Origin: Phoronis australis
Taxonomy: Eukaryota > Animalia > Phoronida
Direction of reading: 5' to 3'
NCBI GenBank assembly: GCA_002633005.1
Contig: NMRA01000860.1
Coordinates: 7,779 to 50,966, forward strand
DNA: 43,188 nucleotides
Below are positions 34,702-43,188 of the stretch, piece after piece. Position numbers and translations under genes: made by a program. The number at the start of each line of letters is the position of its first letter. Positions within the stretch are counted from its first letter, which is position 1. The notes under the pieces were generated by a model. That model saw only the letters and a list, made by a program, of their open reading frames with translations, was not told where the DNA came from and ran no database searches.

Positions 34702-35036
34702 TTACACTTCTTGCCAATATGCGTAGAAAACTTTCCATCCTTTAAGGATGGGACCATCGGTGATTAGTTGGTCGTATTCCAATCTGCCCGTGTACTTCCA
34801 ATTGAATGTCCACAGAGTTGCAGGAAATGCAGAGGAGAGATACACCTCGTTCGTGTGGGGCTTGAATGCGAGATTAGTTACGTGTTGAAGCTCTTTTGGA
34901 AGTGTGATTAATGTGGACGGTTCCCCACCGTTAGGTCCAAACACATCGATAACTCCTTTTCCGTAATGCGTAACGAGTAGGTTTCCCATTGAGTCAAACT
35001 CCATGCCGTCAAATCCACCATCATAAACGCCGGTCC
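34702..35036 (-). CDS. DFPase-like six-bladed beta-propeller hydrolase (SMP-30/gluconolactonase/DFPase family), last coding exon
   Basis: catgcag acceptor, phase 1; GTGVYDGGFDGMEFDSMGNLLVTHYGKGVIDVFGPNGGEP...VTNLAFKPHTNEVY...LWTFNWKYTG aligns with the squid DFPase C-terminus as recalled (GGADGMDFDEDNNLLV...FGPDGGQP...SNLHFKP). Confidence 0.9.
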
Positions 35037-35737
35037 CTGCATGATGATCAAACTTCGTCATCCTTTATACGAATACTAGCTGTTATTTTCAATTGCCATT
35101 ATGTCCAAGTGTTTGTCAAATGACTGGAAAGCTGGCGCTTTATTAAACAAAAAGTTTTACCGAGTCTGTCAAGTTCCTGGCTTTTGCCTTGAACAAAAAC
35201 TAGTCAGATGTACCAGATCAAGATTTAAAAGGATACTAAACCCTGTTTTGAAAGCGAATCAACGTTGTGTCACGTATCAGTATTGGCGTCAAGTCTTGAA
35301 CGATAATAGTGAGAGCCGGCTACCCCTATGTCAGAGATCGGATGTCATGGTTCTTGGTGGATGATGTTTCCCCACAGCTGCAGTGTAATTCGCTGAAAGC
35401 GTAGGTCACGCTTGCCCGTTTAGCAGACTTTGAAAAGAGTTTTCAAAATGTCCTCCAAACTTTTTATGGTTGTCGGGGTTACAGAGCATTATTTTTTGTG
35501 GAGAATTGGATAGATAAGTCGTTTTTAATATTCTTTAATAGGTCAAAACAAGGTTTGGTGTCCTTTCAAAGCATTCACCTTGCGGGTATCGTCAATCAAA
35601 ATAACCTGATACACTGATATACCCGTGTTTTGCTCTGTCAAATGGCCCCATCGTCACCAAGTTGAATTCTCTTTTCACAAAATTTCACTCCCCCAATCCA
35701 AACCTGGAGACCCTTCCGTAGACCTAATTAGCTTCTT

Positions 35738-35916
35738 GCGAAATTACACGAGTGCGAGGTGAGCGTTTAGAGTACATGTATGTTAGGGAACTTACTAGAT
35801 TATCCTTGTGAAATAGCGGCCAGTGAAGTGCGAAATTACGCGAGTGCAAAGCGAACGCTTCGAGAGTATGTTGGGGAAATTACGAGATGATCCTTGTAAA
35901 ATGGCGGCCAGTGGAG
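35738..35916. repeat. Diverged tandem duplication, 2 x ~90 bp
   Basis: tgcgaaattac.cgagtgc...atccttgt.aaat.gcggccagtg.ag occurs twice. Confidence 0.75.
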
Positions 35917-37297
35917 TCGTCAGTGCAAATTTAGCAACGATATGTACTTGTTTTCTTCGAGTTAGCAGGTCTCTTACCGGGCAAAAGACAATCGTGAATG
36001 AGGGATTTGGAAGGTGGGGGTATTCTAAGCAGTCACCTGTGAATACAGGTCGTTATTCACGCTTTCTCATTTGTGAAACGAAAAGGATTGCAGCCTTGCA
36101 AGTGGTTCTATGCTTTCACCGCACTCGGACATTAGCAGGCCATATGACGGACCTTTGAAAAAAGTATGAAACTCATATGAGAGTTCTCATGTACAGTATA
36201 TACAGTCAATAGGTTTTTCCTTTGAGAGGTTGCATAACTCTATAGCCTGTAGGTCACATGGCATCTGCAATTGATGCTTGAAATTTGAACCAAATTACTG
36301 TCCACAGATAGCGCCCACAACCAATATCCTACTTCCGCTTGTCTGTGGTTATCTCAAACTTCTATTGAGAAGGACCAGTGGTTCCCCAGAACAAGTCTGC
36401 CGATCGTCTCACTTTCACTTTTGTTCACGACAGTAAGCTTGATCCAAATAGAATGAAAACAGGAAGAAGACACGTTTTCAGTTATATGTAGGCCCTACTG
36501 ATGGCCGTAGTTTGAACTTTTCAGGAACAGTTCAATAATTTTGCTACTCTGCTATATAAAACTGGTATTCTTCAAACTAAGTTTAGATTTAAGGCACTTA
36601 CCGTCATAAGGTTGGTTCCAGCTTGTTCAGCTTTATTCAGATTAAAACGATTTTTTGAGTTTAAGGAGAGTTGAAANCCTTGCAAGTGGTTCTATGCTTT
36701 CACCGCACTCGGACATTAGCAGGCCATATGACGGACCCTTTGAAAAAAGTATGAAACTCATATGAGAGTTCTCACGTACAGTATATACAGTCAATAGGTT
36801 TTTCCTGTGAGAGGTTGCAGAACTCTATAGCCTGTAGGTCACATGGCATCTGCAATTGATGCTTGAAATTTGAACCAAATTACTGTCCACAGATAGCGCC
36901 CACAACCAATCCTACTTCCGCTTGTCTGTGGTTATCTCAAACTTCTATTGAGAAGGACCAGTGGTTCCCCAGAACAAGTCTGCCGATCGTCTCACTTTCA
37001 CTTTTGTTCACGACAGTAAGCTTGATCCAAATAGAATGAAAACAGGAAGAAGACACGTTTTCAGTTATATGTAGGCCCTACTGATGGCCGTAGTTTGAAC
37101 TTTTCAGGAACAGTTCAATAATTTTGCTACTCTGCTATATAAAACTGGTATTCTTCTTACCGTCATAAGGTTGGTTCCAGCTTGTTCAGCTTTATTCAGA
37201 TTAAAACGATTTTTTGAGTTTAAGGAGAGTTAAAAGTTGGTCACAATTTGAGTCCGAGCTCGACATACCAGAAAAATTTGCAAACAGGTTAAGTTAA

Positions 37298-38233
37298 AGG
37301 AGAATGCCACCCGATTTAATTAGTCTTTTTACCGTCTCAGTCGGTCTATATCCGCATCAGCTCGCCGAGAAGTGTCGCGTTCAACTGTGAGGAAGGTGAG
37401 AAACGACGCAGTGACGTCAGTGTTTCTTCGGCAGCGTGAGTGCCGCTATGTTGTAGTTTCGTTCCGCTTGTGCGAACTATGAAGCTGCGAGGAAAGCGGG
37501 TATATTGTTTTTTCGATTTCCTCGAGAGCCCATAATGCTTAGAAAGTGGCTCGCGGTAGTGAAGAATGAAAACTACGCCGTTAGTATGCGGCTGTGAAAC
37601 GTCTCCATGTCTGTCAGTGGCCTGCACTTCGTCGGATCGGTTGTTGGTCAGGTTTTGATTATGGAGAATTGTAGTTGGCCATAAAAACATAAACAATTAA
37701 AATTAATTCGAGGCGTGAGAACCTAACGTTTTATGTAACCTGTTTGATGACTGACTCGTTCGTTAGGCTCCTGTCCTCCGGGTTTCGCCACTTCTTTTTC
37801 TCAGCCCTAAAAAACGTCGGAAGCACACCTTCTTTCATTGCGGTGCAAAACCAGGATGGTCCGTGAGACACATCTGCGCTTCTGCAAGAATTCGTTTCAC
37901 TTGCGGAATTTCGTGGCAGCAAACACGATCACTCGTTCCATCATCGTGCAGTTAGCTCATTCACACGTAGTTCAAACGGTTTTCGGAAGTATTGTTATGT
38001 TCCGTTGTCTGTGCACGTTCACAGAGCGTGTTAATCGATGAATTCAAGCGATAAGCTGACATCAGTAAGCGTGTTGTGAACTGCTGAACAGACTGCATTC
38101 GAACCTCTGACATCATTGGTTAATTTCAACACCTCCGTCTGCTGTCAGGTAAAAGAGCTGTACTTGCTGTTATCGAGTGGAACTACTCGATATAAATTGA
38201 AACAAAATAGGTTTTTTTGGGTGGCATTCTCCT
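37298..38233 (-). mobile_element. Non-autonomous Kolobok DNA transposon with KolX-like remnant
   Basis: TTAA TSD (37294-97, 38234-37); perfect 15-bp TIR aggagaatgccaccc; internal minus-strand peptide DRVCCHEIPQVKRILAEAQMCLTDHPGF. Confidence 0.88.
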
Positions 38234-38597
38234 TTAACTTTATTGAGACCGGCCGCAATAACAAACTGTCAGTTACTACTACATTTAGATATCATTACAG
38301 AGTTGAGTAAGGACCAAATCGAAAGCGCTTTCATAACAGAAAGTGGCTTAAATCAAAGGCAATCCTTTGACATAAAAGGCGTTTTTGCAGCTTTCAGTAA
38401 AAAAAGTTTATTAAGATCGCTGAATACCGAGTGTTTTCGAATCAATTTTAATACCTGTTTTGTTTGCAATCATGTGTTTATCCGACCGTCTTAGCTACAA
38501 CCGGGCTTGCGACGTTTCCTAAATCGGGTCTGAACGAGCGCAATTATTTTACGAACAAGCGGTCGTGCTCGTGGAAGTTACCAGTTGGAGCTCTTAC

Positions 38598-38788
38598 CAG
38601 GCGATGAAGTGCCCCATAATCGTCTGTTGCGAACTTGGCATGGTCCGACGATATCATAGGCCCACAAATTTCGAGTGAAGGTTTCCGCTACCAATACACG
38701 AACAGGCTGTCCATCGTTTGAGTGTTGAACAGCGATGCCATTACAGTAGTGTTCACTGGTATCTAGCTTTATTATGTCGCCTTTTGTC
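38598..38788 (-). CDS. DFPase-like protein, internal exon
   Basis: tttgcag acceptor (phase 2), gtaaga donor (phase 1); RTKGDIIKLDTSEHYCNGIAVQHSNDGQPVRVLVAETFTRNLWAYDIVGPCQVRNRRLWGTSSP. Confidence 0.92.
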
Positions 38789-39010
38789 CTGCAAAACACC
38801 GCGTGCAGGTTTTTCATTTCAACGTTAATTTCAGAATGCGGGGATAAGGATCGACCCACGGATCTAGGTGAACGAAATGGGATGCAGTTGCCGTTTTGCT
38901 TCTCGAATATCCGCTACATCAAACCGTAACGTGTGGCCACTAAGAGCTGGTGCAGGGCGAAGTTCTTCTCACCCTTCCCAATGCTCAAGCACCGTATATG
39001 CATGGTCACT

Positions 39011-39314
39011 CAGTGGCGGATCTAGGATACCATAAGGAGGGGGGGCAACATCCTGAGGGAATTGGGCAAAGCGCGAATGTATGTGGATAGGCGGCCCCAA
39101 AGTTGCGGGAGTTGAGGATGTACATGTAGACCTTCTGTTCAGAAAATCTATCGTTGGGGAACGTGTCTCCGCGTCTGAGCCCCCCCCCCCCTTCGTCCGC
39201 TACCGGTTCTAGCTTCTGAACTCAATATTTCTTGAGTTCACGCTGTTGCTGTTTCATTTTGCTTGCGGCAGCCAGGGGGGGGGGCTGCCTCCCTCCCCCC
39301 TGAATCCGCCTATG
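39011..39314. mobile_element. hAT-like MITE (CAGTGGCGGAT type)
   Basis: cagtggcggatctagg / cctgaatccgcctatg ends with G/C-run subterminal blocks. Confidence 0.6.
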
Positions 39315-41267
39315 TCAATCTTTTAGGCCAGCATTCGGATCACCTCAAGTATTTCCGTAGCGTCAACGGAGGTGAACTGTGTCACGCGCGACCTTCAGTC
39401 ATACGGTCAGTCATTCTCCAGTTTGAAAACCACTGACACGACTTGCCATACGACTGTTCAAGTTAGCGCATGCCAAGATAACCTTTATGACTGACCTGCC
39501 GAGGTTTGTTCTCATTATAATTTGAAGGGGAAATTGCGTTTCACTTGGGAAATTGCACTAGTACATGTATACGTAATACTTGTTCAGTTTTGCCGTGTGT
39601 CAAATAGCGGGACATTTTGGTTCTGTGGGTGTGTTTTAGTGTTCTAGTCCGACTATAGTGGGACAATTGGCAAGTACACTGTACGTTGTCAGCGTCACAA
39701 AGTACTGGATTGGATTCTTTCACGAGAATGCGTAAATACTATAAGTAACATTTACTGCCCAGAAATCGAATTAACAAAAAGTATCTGTCCAATAGCTAAT
39801 CATTGCACAGATGAATTATTAGGAAACAATTGAAAACAGTAACAATACATGTACGAACGCTCGCGCGCACACACACACGCACACACATAGCTACGCAATT
39901 GCGAGAGTAGATTTTCTGAAGTTACGTAAACACAGCTTAAAGAAAGGCCTACACTTTTCATAAATAATTCCAGAACAGACATTCAGAAACGAAATGTCAC
40001 TTCCGTAACACTATTTTAAGACCCACAAATATTGAGAGAAAGTCCAAGCATGTGATTCGAAGATTGCACCTGAAAAGATATCAGAGGCCAGATTATTTCC
40101 TGCATCCAGCCAAGGCCAACGGTCGGAGGGTATAAAGAATGTCCAATAAAGTTTTTTCGTTTATTGACCAACTTTGCCGGAAATAGGTGGTTGTCTGGAA
40201 CCGAACCTCAGGAATCCCGCCTGATGAAAAAATGACAAAATGAAAACGAAGCAGTCAAATTAGACTTAATTTGATAACTACAACAGTGGATCAAAACTCA
40301 ATCGAGCAGACGACCTGAAATTTTTAGCGCACTGTCGCGGCTAGTCTCAGGGACACAAGCTCTAGTAATAGAGTACATAGGTCACGTGCTAAAGTTGGCA
40401 TTACAGTGCTAGTGTTCCATGGTAAGACTAGATGAGATTCCTATGGCATTTCGACGTGTAACGATTATTTCATATTCACATTTTATTAGCGAACAGGAGT
40501 CCGTTTTATCACATAAATCCCGAGGTCTATGCCTGGTCTTGGCAAAGACGGTCGAAACTTCAATTTTTATTTGCTCACAGCACATTTACATGGCTCGCGA
40601 AGGCGGCCTATAGTCCGAGTGTCTAAAATTATTGGCTTGGCGTCATTTGCAACGTTTCACTGCTGTGTATCAATTGCAATAACATGTCTAGACGACCGTA
40701 TCAATCACCGCACTTACGACCTGTGATAAAACAGGTCCACGATGTCCCAGCCATATTTATCAGCGTGTCCCTCTGTGATATTCTGGACAAGAACAATGCG
40801 GAGCGTTGAAATGCACAACGACTGCACCGCAGCAAAATTCGTTTTCGAGCCTCAGAAGTGGGCGGCTCTCTATATTAATATAGGTGGGCCCCACTCAAAG
40901 GCTACCAAGATCTCTCTGCCCATTTTGACTCTGATGCTTTGGTTGTTTGCATTGTTCGCCCTATGGGTGCGTTTTATTTCCACTGATGATATTTTGAGTC
41001 ACGTTTAAACTTCTGTGTATATTGTAAATATGACATTCATTACGAACAGAGAACTTGTTTAGTATTTACTTTTTGTTCTTACGTTGACCTAAAACCACAT
41101 TTGTCAAAAAATCTCTTGCCTAAAATAATTTCGTCGTGTCTAAGGGGATATGTGACCGAGATCAAGATTGATTTTTGGCCAGAGGAACCGGTTTTTTATC
41201 CCTGTAATCGTTTGGCAAAGCTTAGAGATCCGATGGTAGACCTACATGATACATATGTAGTCCTCAC

Positions 41268-41581
41268 CTGTTATAACAGTAAAGTGACCCATTCACTTGC
41301 ATTCCAGGAGAAAAAACATTCGTATACTCAGCTGGAGCTATTTCTCCCAGAGGGCCAGTGATCCACATATTTCCAGTAAAGTCAAACGTCCCATCGTTGA
41401 AGCCTTGCAGTGGTTGGTTGGTGGAGTCTGTCCGTGCAACTTGTGTCACCTCTCCACTAGGGGTCACTTTGAGCAGAGCGTGCCTAAGATCTGTGATCCA
41501 TAGGTTGCCATGTTGGTCGCACTGACCGCCGTTAGAGAGACCGCCAATAGAGTGGATATTGGGTTGGGCAATACTTGACAT
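41268..41581 (-). CDS. DFPase-like protein, first exon visible in the window (gene is 5'-partial)
   Basis: ctgcag acceptor (phase 0), gtgagg donor (phase 2); GGLSNGGQCDQHGNLWITDLR...LQGFNDGTFDFTGNMWITGPLGEIAPAEYT...GSLYCY matches squid DFPase as recalled (QGCNDCAFDYEGNLWITAPAGEVAPADYT). The N-terminal ~55 aa with the EGP motif were not found in the window. Confidence 0.92.
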
Positions 41582-42304
41582 CTGCAGAGGCGTGAAAGAG
41601 GCAAACCGATGATATGTTGTTGTCAGTCATTTTAGATTGGATTGCTAGGCGTTGTTCTATACTGGTTACTCCATCTTGCGGGGAACGAGAATGATGGAAA
41701 TCTCCAGTCTTTCCAAGGTCATACATAGTTAGACAAAGGAAAATTTTTCAAGGAAAGGAAGCAGATGAAGTTACCAAAAGCACAAGTAGTCGCTTAGAAT
41801 TACTTTTGATGTCCGATATTACAAGAAAATGTCATGTTTTTTGGTCTGAAAGTACTGCATCTGTCATCTCAGTGGTCACATGTAAGGATAACTTGTCCGG
41901 GGTGTTGGCTTACGAAGAAAATGGGGTTTGAGTAAATGAATTAGTGTTAATTTGAGCGGACTCACGAAAAGTTGTTTATTTCCACGATACCTTTTGCAGT
42001 TCTAGTTAAGCTGACCCCGAGGGCGAGACAGTATCGCCACCTGGTGGCTGATACAAAATCCGGCTTTCGGGATTAAAACCTTGTATTTCTGGTTAAAGCC
42101 AAATGCTGCGATATCCTATTGGGTATGGCGAGTTAGCGGGCGATATGCACTATTGGATGGGCAGAGGGGAGTTAACTGATTGCTTTTAAGGCTTGATTTG
42201 TTACCTCAAACTAGTTTTGATTGCAGACTGGTATTAAGTAAGTTAGCACTGCATATGGTATTTCAGAAGAACTATAGGGCGTAGCGAATCAAATGTTTCA
42301 ACAA

Positions 42305-42567
42305 ATACGCGCACCCAGCCGAAAGATGGGGGGTCTCAATTTTCGAGAATATGGATATTTTACTAAAAAACGTGTTACATTCAGAGCTATGAATTATGCA
42401 TTTGCCGAATTTTGGTAGTGTCTGACTGTTAAGTGGACTTTTGTCTCGTGTTCTACTTTTCGGAATTTTTGTTTCTCTGAGGAGGACCTTTTTGCCCACT
42501 TCGCCGAATAGGGGGGTCGAACGAGCCTCCCGAGCCCCCCCCCATCCCCCTCCTGGGTGCGCGCATG
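42305..42567. mobile_element. MITE of the CATGCGCGCACCCAG-TIR family, copy 3
   Basis: atacgcgcacccagcc ... cctgggtgcgcgcatg; shares ggacctttttgcccac.tcgcc with 1892-1913. Confidence 0.65.
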
Positions 42568-43188
42568 CAACAGTTTGTGCGTCCGAGAGCCGGGGCTCGC
42601 TTATTCACGGAACTTTGTGCTCGTCAGGGAATAGATACGTCAACGGCGCAAAATACGCGTTAAAATTTGAATTAGACCCTTGGCCGACACAATTCCCACA
42701 GCGTTTAAAAGGTTACTTAACCCTTTATCTTAGCTTAAAGCTGTATTTCGTCCTGTTTAGCTGGCAGAAAGACGACACTCAAATTAGACCGTTTACTCTT
42801 ATAAAATCAGTTTCATAATATTCCTTACCGTGATGTGATACAATTTGCGTTCTAGAAAATCGAAACCGTCATCGACTCAAGAAAACCAGCTTCATTATTT
42901 TTTGTGGTTGTTCAACCTTAAAATTCCGAATAAGAAAATCATGGCACATGAACGCATTGCCTTTGACTTGAGTTGCAGGCTCTTTGGGCAGTCTTTCAAG
43001 ATCTATTGAGCGTGATAATATTTTGATACCCCAAAGTACTTCGGTCCACAATTCAAACGTTGACGATGAATATATAGGGCCGCCCTGGATCTAATACACA
43101 GCGACACTCGAATCTCGCTGTATGTGCCCGCAATGCCGTAAACATCCGTCAGGCACGTTTGGTGCCACTGGAGTTTCACATGTAATTT

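Noticed and set aside
41579-41581. ATG at 41581 as the true DFPase start
   Set aside because: It directly follows a ctgcag acceptor and would omit the first propeller blade with the E21-equivalent; more likely an internal Met.
42826-43188. Candidate DFPase exon 1
   Set aside because: No EGP motif; the phase-0 frame ending at the gtaagg donor (~42826) hits a stop after 16 codons.

Overview
Repeat-rich, intron-containing animal (most likely marine invertebrate / lophotrochozoan-like) genomic DNA from a draft assembly, with one 366-N gap and several single-N joins flanked by near-identical duplications. Three host genes can be read. (1) A GT31 beta-1,3-glycosyltransferase of brainiac/B3GALT type with a single coding exon (+, 11475-12656). 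(2) A complete 7-exon ankyrin-repeat/SOCS-box gene (+, 21537-31002, 300 aa) that the ORF track almost entirely misses; each ankyrin repeat is its own phase-0 exon. (3) A 5'-incomplete three-exon homologue of squid diisopropyl-fluorophosphatase (DFPase; -, 41581-34702) that keeps the catalytic-Ca ligands but has altered structural-Ca and His287-equivalent positions. The rest is largely mobile DNA: Helentron-associated HINE/pearl-like elements with CTCF-like motifs in each subrepeat, decayed Hero-, Tx1-, RTEX- and L2/CR1-type LINEs nested in each other, a CCC-terminated EnSpm-like element, a TTAA Kolobok MITE carrying a KolX/P2X7-ballast-like remnant, a THAP remnant, hAT-like MITEs and tRNA-derived palindromic elements. 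No prokaryotic system or CRISPR array was seen. Family assignments come from recalled motifs, not database searches.
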